A program made the position numbers and the translations under genes. From Lama glama (lineage: Eukaryota): 64,000 bases of DNA. The stretch spans positions 85,996,001 to 86,060,000 of the forward strand of contig CM052816.1 of the NCBI GenBank assembly GCA_028534125.1, in the 5' to 3' direction. Shown here piece after piece: positions 1 to 11,960 of the stretch. The notes below the pieces were generated by a model. That model did not search any database. It worked only from the letters and a program-made list of their open reading frames with translations, and was not told where the DNA came from. The stretch's first letter is position 1; the number at the start of each line of letters is the position of its first letter.

Positions 1-743
1 TGGTCTCTTTCCTATGTTAGGTTCAGTGAGTTCCAAAGCAGGTTTTCCTAAGATGTGTTGCTATCATTATCCTGGCAATCAGGATAAGGTATAGGGGTAG
101 CTCCAGAGGAAAAAAACCTCTTGTGTTGTGGCATCTTCCAGCAGAAGAGAAGTGCTAGCTCTTACTAGGAAGGGTAGGCAACCTCTGCAAGTCCAAAGAG
201 TCAACACACACAGGTATATCCACTCACATGCCCCTGCGCCATGTTTCAGGATCCCAGGTTTTTCCCGTAACAGACCTGCCAGTGCTGAGCATCCAACTTT
301 CACAAATAGATCTGTGGCCTGATGCTCATCTTCAGTCTGTTTTTCCACTTCTAGAGATAAGGGCCTTTTAAAAAGACTCTCTGCCTCTTATACTTAACTA
401 TTAACAACTTGTTCTCAGTCTCTTAATACCCCTCTGATGGCATCAATGCAACAACAGTAACCAGCTTGTTCTGTTGTCTTTTTAGGCCCTATCCTCCCAT
501 CTGCTTCCTGCCCCCCTTTATTTTTGAATGCCTGAATCATTACATCTGCCATACCATTCCCCACCACTAGAAATTTTCCAGGGTAACTGCCAGTGAAATA
601 TTTAGCAGCCAAGCCACTGTCTTGTATCAGGGCAACCAGCACCTCACCTACCAACTGCACCCTACCTCTGATGCATGGTGTGTGAGATAGTCCCAGATTC
701 TCCATCTTACAACCTATGTTCTTGGAACACTTCTGGTTCCATT
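1..743 (-). mobile_element. ERVL-class internal sequence (leader/5' gag remnant) attached to an LTR16-like 5' LTR
   Basis: On the minus strand the LTR end ...ACA is followed by AATGGAACCAGAAGTG (728-743), resembling the ERVL primer-binding site TTGGTACCAGGAGTG. Minus-frame peptide VVGNGMADVMIQAFKNKGG...CIDAI resembles the ERVL gag N-terminus. Confidence 0.7.
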
Positions 744-1183
744 TGTATTGTCTTGATCCTCTAAGAAGCAAACACTGAATAAGGCAAGCATGTGATTTAT
801 TAAGGGCAATGCCTGTCAAGGAAAAAGGGAAGAAACCAGGAAAGGCTAGGAGAACTATCAGTCTGTGATGCTGATCTGACTCCAGATGACACAAGAGGGA
901 AGGAAAGAAGTTTGAATAAAAGTGTCTTAGAAGGCAAAGCAAGTCTTAAGAGAGTTCAGCAATCCATTCCTGACCTAGTGTCACCTGTCAATAGAGTCCC
1001 AGGTCTCCCAGGAACAAGGCTAACTTAATATTCCTACCATGTTCAGTCTTGGGCTGAAGTTTGTGGGAAGTGTGGCCTCAGTTTAAAAATGGTGATGAAT
1101 TACAGAGTATAGCAGCTGGAGTCATCAGTCAGCTATATACTCTCGGCAGACAGATTGAGAGGCACTTTTTCAAGGCTGCTACG
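744..1183 (-). mobile_element. ERVL LTR, LTR16-like
   Basis: Starts TGT at 744 on +. The minus-strand start CGTAGCAGCCTTGAAAAAGTGCCTCTC resembles the LTR16 5' end. Minus-strand AATAAA corresponds to tttatt near 796. About 440 bp. Confidence 0.7.
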
Positions 1184-1399
1184 TGTATAAATGAATATAT
1201 ATGGGTCTAGATATCTTGATGTAGCATCAAAGAATTCAGTATATTTAAATTTAATTATCAGACATTGAGCAGTTTTGTGCTACAGTGTTTACAATGATAA
1301 ATACAAGGTTTATTTATGAAAAATCAGTGAATTTATGTATTCACTTTATTTAAGTATATGTAATGATCATGCATTAGAGGTATGTTTGGGGTAAACGGG

Positions 1400-2030
1400 G
1401 TAAAGAATTTGTTTTTTAGGCAAGGGGACAATTAGGAATCTACTACAGTAATTCATGTGAGAGGAAGAAAATAGAGTCAGATATGAGTTTTGAAAAAATG
1501 TTATAAGAATACGTGTGTGGAAACAAGTGACTAAGGTGATGTAGGTGGAATAAGAATGATGTGTCTAGGATGAGTCCTGGGTTTTGGCTTCTTTGGCTGA
1601 TGATGATGAAGATGACATTCCTTCTGATAAAGACTACAGAGCAAGAAAAGGATCTCTGTTGTTACTGCTGGTGAGTACAGTGTGTGATACAATGACTTTC
1701 TGATACCCATGACCCATTCATGTTAGATCCATTTTACTAGAGTTCAGAACTTTGGGATAAGGATACAGATTTTTTGATTAAGCTGTCATATACTGTGAGA
1801 GGACCAAAGCAGCAGTGTTTAAAGGGTGGAGATGTCTTTTCAAAAGCCAAAGCAGAGGCTGTAATAAGAGTAAGAAAGTTCATAATAGAAATAGAGTGAG
1901 AAGTGAACGAAACTGAAGAACCTAATGAGCTCAATATGTCCATAACAAAGAACTCATTGAGGGACTCTTCCGAGACAAAGTCAGTGGAGTGGTGAAAATG
2001 AAATCTTAACCAAAGTATATTATGAAGTAA
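1400..2030 (-). mobile_element. Degraded L2 LINE fragments
   Basis: Purine-rich tracts typical of antisense L2 (gtgtctaggatgagtcctgggttttggctt; cagtgtttaaagggtggaga...gcagaggctgtaataag). Confidence 0.5.
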
Positions 2031-5000
2031 ATACATGCAAAGAAAAATAAATTCCCTCCAAATTTCCCCTGGTTGTTAGTTGAAAGCCTAGTTCTGTGAC
2101 TATAGAAAGCCTCAGATATACAGCACAAAATCAAATTCAATCAGCTATATTGTTTCCCCATTATTTCAAATGTATTCAATCTTCATTTGAATAAGCCCAA
2201 AGGCAACTACATTCACTTCATTGTCATTTGAAAACCTGTATCTGTCAAAAATAAAAAGCATCAAGGAAATCCATCTTACATATGACATAGAAGTATAGGA
2301 TCAGTAATCCCCTTTCTCCCACTCTTTCCATCTACCTGTCTTCCACGTGAACCTCTTCTGCATGCCAATTTTACCCTGCCTCAGCACACAAGATCTCAGT
2401 TGAAGATGAACTCATTACTACACTATAATTGTTATAGGTATGCAGAGGATTTATCACCTGGAAAATGGTATAAAATCCAAACAAAACTGTCCTAAGGCTG
2501 TTCAGTAGGCTTCAACCTTTCTTTAAGTCTGCATTTGGTGTGTGGCAACTGGTATAATTATTTCTATCTTTCAGTGTAAATCTTACTGTTTCTTGAACTA
2601 TCTGGATATTATGTACAATTTGCTATGTACATATGTTTCTACTTACACAAGTAGAGGGGTATCTGTCTCTATACTTTATAGACAGACATATTCATACAGG
2701 TCCAGGATGCCCAGATCATTTTACAAATTAATTTGAAATCAGTATTTTACATTATATTTTTGTTTTTTACAAAGTTTTACAAAACTACCTTAATAGAATG
2801 TTCTATCATTCCACATGTTTACATTATCTTATAGAAAATAATGCTTCCAAATATAATTACTGTTTCTATTTAAATATTGTCCTTTATCATTTAAAATATA
2901 TAATAAAGGACTGGTAAACTAAAGTCAATTAAATCTTGAGTGTAAGAGATACATAATTTAGGCCAATTAATATTTAATACTATGACAAATAATTTGGATA
3001 TATAGTAGTATGCATCACAGCTATTAGGGGTACACTTAATGTTCAATTTTCCTTTTCCTTATCTGCCTAAACTCCACACTTACACATTTTAGCTGACTCT
3101 GTGTGTGTGTGTGTGCACATTTGTATAAAATTTTATATCATCACAACTTTGCAAATATTATATATGGGAGACCTCTTTTGTTTAGTTTCTTTATACAGTT
3201 TTATATCAGTCCAGGCATTTCTAAAATAATTATTGCTTTCCAAAAAGCAATTAAATATTATGGTCTTGTTGGTTTTCTCTATATGAAGTTCAGTTACACA
3301 CTCCTCTCTGAAGGGCACCAGCTATTGTATGATAAGACAATGGATAGAGGGTGGGAGTAGGAGAAACTAAAAAGTGTATACTGTAGAAGATGTTGTAGTT
3401 ATAATATGATTTGTTGAGAATTAGAAAAAGAACAATTTTAGTAGCAATGCATGCTGAGAAATGTATACCATATACTTCACTGGTTCAGAATATTGTAGAT
3501 CTGACTGTGAGGAATACATAAGATGTAAACTGAAATGATCTCAACAGCTTTAAGTAACGTGCCTGTTAGGGCACATGATTAGAGGTAAATCATACCAATC
3601 TGCCTTTCAGCTGAGTGTATGAAGTGGAGATACAGGTATATATAGGTATCTATATATATAACTTGATAAGAGTAAGACACACACACACTGTTCAGAAATA
3701 TGTCTAGATTGAGCTTGCAGTAATTCATACATTTATGCAGTAATTAATGAATTTAGGCCTAAAAGGAGATAGAAATTGAGATTCATGATAACATTTGATG
3801 AGTCTGAAAGTAAGCAACAGCTCTTTCCCTCTATGACTTAAACAAGGTGAAAAGAGTGAGCTTTTAAGTCAGGTAGTGAAAAAATGATGAAATTCACCAC
3901 ATAAGAGCTTAACTTTTGTAGGTGATAAAGGAGGAATTATATAGTAAAGTGCAGAATAGCTTGTGTGGCTAATTTAAATATATTATGTAGGGGACATCTA
4001 AAATACTGCTAACGTCTTTGATTTTTTTGAGACAATCGTGGTTATAAAATTGAAGATAAAAAAAAAGGAAAATGAACTACTTGATCCATTAACTATTAAA
4101 ACAACATTCCCATTCAAATATCAGTATGAGCTACTATTAAATTGTAGCCTATTTACCCCTTTCTGTATTACTGTAACTGAGTCAAACTCAAGTAATTCCT
4201 ATTATTCTGAAGTACGTATTTATTTCTTATTAATGAGTCTCAAGTGAGTGAATGTATATATATTTACCTGTAAGATGGCAATACTTATCATCAAGATAAT
4301 ATTTTCCAAAGGAAAATAAAAAACAAATACATGTATTTAATAGTGTTTCCTGTTCAAAATTTTTTAAAAATGAGATTGTTACATATATATAGAAAATATA
4401 TTAAATCTAAAATTTTTAATGTAAATCTTATTATGACTGTTATTGTAGCCAAAACAAGTAGGCATATTTGAAAGATGCTAATGTAATGTTTTTATTTTCT
4501 AAGGGGAAAAAAAAAACTAATGTTCCTCAAGTTCCACATATACTGTTTTTACGTGAAGATTAATAATTTATATAAAGTTAATATGTCAGGAATGTGTCCT
4601 CAAACTTTTATGCAAGCAGTATACTAGTTTCAAATTTCCATCCTAACATGATATCTAAAGAACAAGGTTTTATTTTAAAAGTGTGGAAATATATTATTTT
4701 TCTGACCTTGTTTACTGTGTCACTTAGCTCCGGGAGTTGTAAATCTAGTTTATTTATCAACTTTTTAAAACTTAAATGTAATAATGGAAAAAGTCAATTT
4801 AAGATATGTGAAATTATTACTTATGGTAACTAAACTAATATTCCAGTGTTCGCTGTGAGAAGCAAACTGATCTGCAAGCATGCCTACTTTACATATTTAT
4901 TTAAGTAATTTAACAATTTACTTGTCTCAGAAAATAACCTTTCACAAAATTTATTTATGATGTATTTGTACTCTGCTCTGTAAATCGACATATGTCTGGG

Positions 5001-7549
5001 CATGGAAGGTTGTATAACAAATGGTGGCTTGTCACATGGTATGACATATGTGTGGATGTAGGCTATATAACTTATACATTAATAAACTTCCCATTGACAT
5101 TAACAGATGAGCTCCCTCTTTATAGAGTGACTGAAATGTTTTCATGTCTTGTGAAGGACAAAAAAACAGGCATAAAGGAAATGTGGGCACAGACCCACAA
5201 AATGTTCCACTAAGTAAGCCTACAGTTAGAAATGATCTTGAAAACCAGTCATAATTTTCTGAGCTACTCACTCATTCTGATACTTTTTTTCCTCCCAACC
5301 AACTAAATAAATAAACAAAATCCTTTGTCAAATAAAAAAGAAGACTTTTGATATATATATATATATATCAAATATATCAAATTTGATATATATATTGTAT
5401 CAAATATATCATAAAAATGTTTTTGTTTTGTTTTCTTTTACATTTTGATTTTTATCTATTAATATGTTAAAACAAACAAACAGAAAGCACCTGTGGCACT
5501 ACATTTTATCACTTATAAGTCATTATTTTTTTCTTAAAAATGGAAACATCAGTTCACCTTGGAGAAGTATCCCTTTGCCCTGGGAAAAACTATGTGAATG
5601 TTCTCTGTTGCAAGGCAAGAATGTTTTTCCACTTTCACAGGGAACTATGTCCCAGGTCATTCTGATGACACAATATAAAGGCTGTACGTGTGTGCTGTCA
5701 TGGTGCCCCTCCCCAAAGGACTTGATTGTTTTAGGACTGTAGTAGTGCGAATTTGCCTTAAAGGGCAAGGGCTTCATAATTCCATCTCCCGGTATATAAT
5801 TTCATTGCAAAAGAAGTATTTGTATGAATTGGGTCACCCTGATCAAGGTGATTTAAAGGAAGGGGCCAGTGTAATCCCTGGGAAATAGTTTGACATTGAA
5901 GTGAAAGTGAATTGGATCGTCGGGGCAACTGATCATGGTTAGCTGAACTCTGAAGAGTGATTATTTGGTCACAGAATATCCCAGCTTAATGCACAGAGCT
6001 GTTGACCACATACTGGGAAGAAAAATAAGAAATTCTCCGTGGTATGTATGCTCATCTGTGAATAGAAACTATTGATAAGTAAGAATGGGGGCCAAGCACT
6101 TTGTGATACGAGACAATCTTCACCATGTGTGACTTGGGAAAGAGTGAACTCCTTCATGTCTGAGAGCTACAATGGCTTGACTAAACGAGCAGAGAATTGC
6201 ACTGTATCTTGAGTGCAAAAGCCAGAGGTTGATGAGGACAGGCTTCGGCAGTTGTGATTAATGGAGGCATTTCTTCAAAATGTCTCATAGTAGAGGCACA
6301 CTCCAGGCTGCTGTTTTGAAAACGTCAGTGGTCTTGACCTTCGGTAATGATCAGGCAGGTCAATAATGTTATCAAAAGTTGTTTCTGTATAATATGAGAA
6401 GCGTACCTCATTTTCTGTTTCCTGCATACAACTGTGAACCTGTGTAAGAACTTTTAAAAGTCCTTAAGTATATTTTTCAAAGAGAAATTTAGGAAAAGAT
6501 TGAATTTCCAGTTCCAGTATTAAAAGAAAGGTAGAATTACTGTTTAGTCCAAATTTGTGAGACCAAAATCATAAACATTTATTTATTCAAGATATATTAA
6601 GCATATAGTTTGTGGCAGGCAATGCAGTAGATATTAGGTTAGATACAGAAATATGAAGAAATTTCTTATTTGTAAGGAGAAAGAAATGGAAAGAATTAGA
6701 AGTAACTCTGAGTATATGTGAATTTACTTTTCACGATCCTTCAATAACATGTGATTTTTTTAAGAACTATTATTAACATATCCAATTGGGTGTTCCAAAT
6801 AAAGTATACAACAACATTTAAGTATTTCCACCGTATGTTGCCACGGTGGCATTCTAAGTATTTTTAGAAGAATTTAAACAATGCATATTGAAATAATCAA
6901 AAATAACTGTGGAATCAGAATGCAGGGATTATTCCCAAGATAATAATTATGTATATGGATTAGAATGTACCTCTTTATTAAAGAGAATAACTTAAAATAT
7001 TATAAATATTTAATAAAAGTTACTGGATAAATTATTTTACAAAAATGGGGTCAAATATTAGGTAAACACTAAAATTTCTTTTATATGGGAATATCTGATT
7101 ACATACTAAAAGTTATTTAAAAAGTACCATTAAAGAATAAAGATGATACTATCACACTTTTTAAAATTATACACACATAGAGGTATCATAGGAGTAATGA
7201 TTTTTATTTCTTTCTTTTGGTCATCTGTTTATTTAAATATTTATGTAACTGAAAGCTTACTTGTGTATTAAAATACAGTTATTTTAGCATGCATCAAAAA
7301 TGAAACAGTTATGAGTAATGACAAAGCTTAGATAATGGGTCTGATCACTACTACTGGTAACATCTAATATCCTGACCTTTTTGGCACTGACATCAGGAAA
7401 AGTCTATTCAAGGTGTACTTGGAAGACAAGGCATAATTTTCGCTGAAAAGGAGACACAAAAATTTTACAGTAGAGATCTGAAGTCATAACCATCAAGGCA
7501 AATACAAGTAGTCTATGTAGTCATTAAAGTGATTACGTTTTAAGAGCTA

Positions 7550-8620
7550 TTGTCACTGAAGTAATATTATGCAATTATTATGCAGATAACCCTAAACTTA
7601 ATTTAGTAGACTTTAAAATATAAAAGTCTTAACAATAAAACATGTTAGACTTAAATAGTTTAAAATGTTTAAATTAATTAAATATTGACAAACAATTTAC
7701 TCAAATCTAAAGTTAAGTATAAATAAAAAATAATCAAATTTGACAACAAAAGGCATAAACTCTAAATATATTAAAAGTTAAGCAATCTGAAAATATATAA
7801 CCCTTAGGGCACTATCAAACAGAACACAGATAAAACCTGGAGTAGAGGAATATGCTAATAATGAAGACATGAATTCCAAGTTATAAAATAAAAGACAAAT
7901 ATATTTTATAATATAAAAATAAAGGTTTTATATGAAAAAAGTACAATAATTGTTGTTTAGATACAGTACAGTTGAGGAACTAAAAGAGAAATACAGATAT
8001 GAAATAAAGAGTACTATGTTGAAGATTCCTACAAACTTACCTAAAAATACTCAAATAACAACAAAAAGAGAAGGCTACAAAGGGTTGCATTCCCCAACAT
8101 ATATAAAGGCCAAAAAAAATTTAAATGACAAAATTTATTAGGAATTATGGAGAAGCAAAGAAAAATTGAAATATCAAACACCAGTTATCCTGGTGTGAGC
8201 AATATAGCATCCAGTGAATCCAGTCTTTGTTTACTCGTAAAAATGTGAACTGCTGCAACCATTTGGGGGAAAAAGACAGCTTAGAAATCCTACTAAATCA
8301 ATAAATAAATAAAGCATAATTTATTCCCAAAAAGTATTCCAAAAAGCACCCAGGAACTTTCTCTTATAGAAATGAAAGAACTAAAAAATAAAACTTTATA
8401 TAAAAGGATGTTTGCATCATTGATATCTGAAGTGGTCAAACTCCCCCATGAAATACAGAGTGCCAGACCTAGAAGCAAGCATGCTAGAAGGGTAAAGAGA
8501 TTGATAATCAGTCTAATGTCTCATTGTGGACATTAAACACCATTAAAATAAAATAATGTAAAAAATCATGACATACTTTTGATTGAGAAAAACAAAAAGC
8601 AGATAAATCTATAAAATATA
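7550..8620 (+). mobile_element. Highly degraded old L1 (L1M/L1ME) ORF2 fragments
   Basis: A-rich strand with ORF2 C-terminal-like phrases (aaatgtgaactgctgcaaccatttgggg; aaaaggatgtttgcatcattg). Confidence 0.45.
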
Positions 8621-8749
8621 TCCGCATTTAAACACACACAGAGACTGCAGTAATATACATATTTTGTGTGTGGAGCTGAGTTTAATTCAGTTGCAGAGAG
8701 GGGAAATGAGAGATTTTCCAGTGAGAATAACCTATTAATATTTTCAAAA

Positions 8750-8915
8750 AAACCTTTCTGTAATAATGGAAATGATCAATATCTACACTGTCCAACATAG
8801 TTGCGACTAGGTACATGCCATTTTTAAAGCCACTTGAGATGTGACTACTGTGAGTGAAGTAATAATTTTTAATATAATTTAATTAAATTTTAAATGGCCA
8901 CAGGTGGTAATGCCT
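8750..8915. mobile_element. MER3-like hAT-Charlie non-autonomous DNA transposon
   Basis: ctgtaataatggaaatg...ctgtccaacatag...cacttgagatgtgacta...aaattttaaatggccacaggtgg follows the MER3 layout. Confidence 0.75.
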
Positions 8916-8929
8916 AGATTACACTATAG

Positions 8930-9200
8930 GAGAAAATAAAATCACAGTAGTTTAAAATAACATATCTTTCTCACTTGTAGTACTTCTCTGTTTCAAGTAC
9001 TTGTCTTTCTCAGAGAAGTAAGCCTCTGTTCCACATCTTTCTCACTCAAAGATGCAAACTAATTGGACATCCCTTGACTGGATCAGGGTACTCTGTGGAA
9101 AGGGATATACTAACAGCGTGTTACATTCTGAACTGTCTGTTAATCTTTTACCAAATTGTGACGCATGTCATTTGCTCTCATACTCCACTTGCCAAAGCAA
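8930..9200 (-). mobile_element. Old MaLR LTR fragment (MLT1K/L-like)
   Basis: gtgacgcatgtcatttgctctcatactccacttgccaaagcaa resembles the conserved old-MLT1 motif. Confidence 0.45.
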
Positions 9201-9236
9201 AGGAGAGAGAAAAACCATGCTGTGACGAGCCTAGAG

Positions 9237-9446
9237 CAGGGCTTCTCAACCTTGTCACTAATGACATTTGCTCCACATAATTCTTTCGTGGGGGCTGTGC
9301 TCCCCACTATAGAATAGTTAGCAGCACCTCTGTTTTCTACCTACTACATCGCCATACCATCCCCTCAGTCTTGAAAATCAAAAATGTTCACAGACTTTTC
9401 CAAATACTCCCTGGTAAATAATATTGCTCCTGGTTGAGAGTAATTG
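9237..9446 (+). mobile_element. MER20 hAT-Charlie element, full length
   Basis: Terminal inverted repeats CAGGGCTTCTCAACC and GGTTGAGAGTAATTG. 8-bp target duplication gcctagag (9229-9236) / gcctagaa (9447-9454). Confidence 0.88.
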
Positions 9447-9927
9447 GCCTAGAAATACTTGGTGCAAATGCAAACAGGTACCACGGAGGGGTCTAAAGAT
9501 GGCGATAAAATTATCAAATATATAATCCGCTCGTGTATATTTGTGGTATGAATATGTGTAAAGTTCTTTTAAAATAAATTGGATCAGTAGCTAATGATCG
9601 CTGAACATATCCATGGTATTGTTGTATGTAAACAGAGAAATGAAAAGAAAAATGATCACTTCAAGAAAACAATGATAGTTAATAACCTATAATAACATGT
9701 TAAGTGCATCTCTGCTCTTGTAAAGAGCCTGGAATAAGAGGTATGTGAAAGAAAGGTGCTAAACAAATAGGAATGCTTTGAACTTTACTAGTCCCCATAG
9801 AATAAAATAACTTTATAGGAAATAAGAGATAAGATCTTGAAAGTACCTGATATGAAACTGAGTTCCCACATAAAACAGGAATCACTGAAAAACAGATATT
9901 AAACACATGGGTAAGAAAATAAGTATA

Positions 9928-10056
9928 TGTAACAGTTAATGTTATGTGTCAGCTTGATTGGATCATGGGTTGCCCAGATGTTAAGTATTACTTCTGGGTG
10001 TTCCTGTGAGGGTGTTCCTGGAAGATATTAACATTAGAATGAGTAGAATAAGAAAG
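9928..10056 (+). mobile_element. MLT2-family ERVL LTR, 5' fragment
   Basis: TGTaacagttaatgttatgtgtcagcttgattgg...tgcccagat...ttctgggtg...gtgagggtgttcctggaagatattaacatt resembles the MLT2 5' end. Confidence 0.8.
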
Positions 10057-10819
10057 GTAAATCCATAGATATAACATTACCAATGTGTAAAAAGACAATA
10101 ATGTATGTCATTGTTTGAGATGTAATTAGAGTTTCATTTGGAGTTAAATTCATGCTTCAACTATTTCTGTAAAAACAGATAAAATAATTCAACACAATAA
10201 TAAGTGATGATATTAATAAATACAGATTAAAACATCAATAAAAACTAAGAAATATGAGAAAAAAGAAATATAATAAAACAAGTAATATAGTAAAATGTAT
10301 TTTTATAGTAAATATAATGAAGTAAGTTAAATTTACTTTTAACAATGTAACCAATATAAGCATGAGAATAAACTCAGAATGTTAAGATAGTAAAAAAATA
10401 TAAAAAGAAAAAAAAAGAGGATATTTTTTATAAATCTGACTAATTAATTTGAAGTTAATTTTAATTTGAAATTATAAGAATATATAATTATATATGCTTA
10501 TATACTAAATATTATTACTGTAGTAATAATTAATAAACATACATCTCAATGCATGAAAGAGATTGTAAAAATAATTTGATAGGAAATAGTCAAAAGTGCC
10601 AAACTGAGTATTTAATAAGTAATTTATTTCAAAAGTTCATTTTTTAATTTTCTATTTTACTTGAGTATTAATTGGGTATATATATATATTGGGTGTATAT
10701 ATATATATATCATTATCTTCCTTTTAGTTCTAGATGATGTGAATTCTCTTATTCAGGTCAATTTCTCTCTCTAAAATGTACATCCACTTTGTTACCCCTT
10801 GTTCTTGGGCTCTGGGCCC

Positions 10820-11960
10820 CAGGTTACCTTCAATTCTCATGATGTTCCAATAGCAACGAACATATTTAACCTATAGATCTTGATTTCTCTATCACTCACC
10901 AATAAGAGTAACAAGGCTTATTGCAGAAATAGCTGATTCTAGGTCTGGGGCAGGAAATAGACACTATGATCCTGAAGTCCTGCAGTATTAGGAAGTAAGA
11001 AAGTCCTTGAGAGCAAATAAACAAGCAATTAACACACCTAACAACACACCTACAATGTTGGGAGATATGTTGGAGGGATAATGAAAGTCAACTGAAAGCG
11101 TTTCCAATAGTCAAAACTAGAACAACTTAAGCAATGAAAAAAAAGAACATTGGATAATAACCTAAAGTATATTTTTTAACACATGAATTCACTCACATAC
11201 AAATTAATGAGTTAGTTAATTTATTAAAGAGAGAGAAGAAATAAATCTCCCATGCAGAAGAATTCCAAATAATTTTGCAGGTACTCTGCCCTCAAGGAGG
11301 GGGAACATAACTCCTCATTCTTTAGATATGGGCTGCACACAATGACTTCCTTCCAAAGGATACAGTCTAGAAACAGTAACTCTACACTGGAGAAACTTAG
11401 CAAACAGCACCTCAGCCAGGTGAATAAGGTCAGCATCAACAGTGAAAAATAATTTTGATAGTATGTAACTTTGATATGATGAATTGAAAATGACACTTTA
11501 CCTCTGTGAACTTCTTTTCTCAAAATGAATAATACCAGCATATTCATGACCATAATACCAGATCAATCCCAGTTGAGGGACATTCTACAAAATATCTAAC
11601 CAGTATGTTTCAAAACTGTGGAAGTCAACGAAAACAAGAAAAATCTGAGGAATTGTCACAAAGCAGAGGAGTCTAAGGAGACATGAAAATTAAATGTAAT
11701 GTCATATCCTGAATGGGATTGTGAAACAAACAAACAAAAAAAAGACATTAGGTTTAAAAGTAAGGAAACCTGAATAAAATGTGTTATAGTCAATAATAAA
11801 TTATGCATCAACTTTTCTTCCTTAATTGCAACAAATATACCATACTATGTAAGATGTTAAAAGGGAAGTTGGGTGGGGTGTAGGTTATATTGGAACACTC
11901 TGTAGTCTACAATCTTTCTGTAAATTTAAAACATCTCTGAAAAATCAAGTTTATTTAAAA
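10820..11960 (+). mobile_element. L1MC/L1MD-type LINE-1 3' UTR
   Basis: Characteristic aatctcccatgcagaagaattccaaataat...ctcaaggagggggaacataactcc...ctcagccaggtga...catcaacagtga. Ends tttctgtaaatttaaa...aagtttatttaaaa. Confidence 0.85.
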
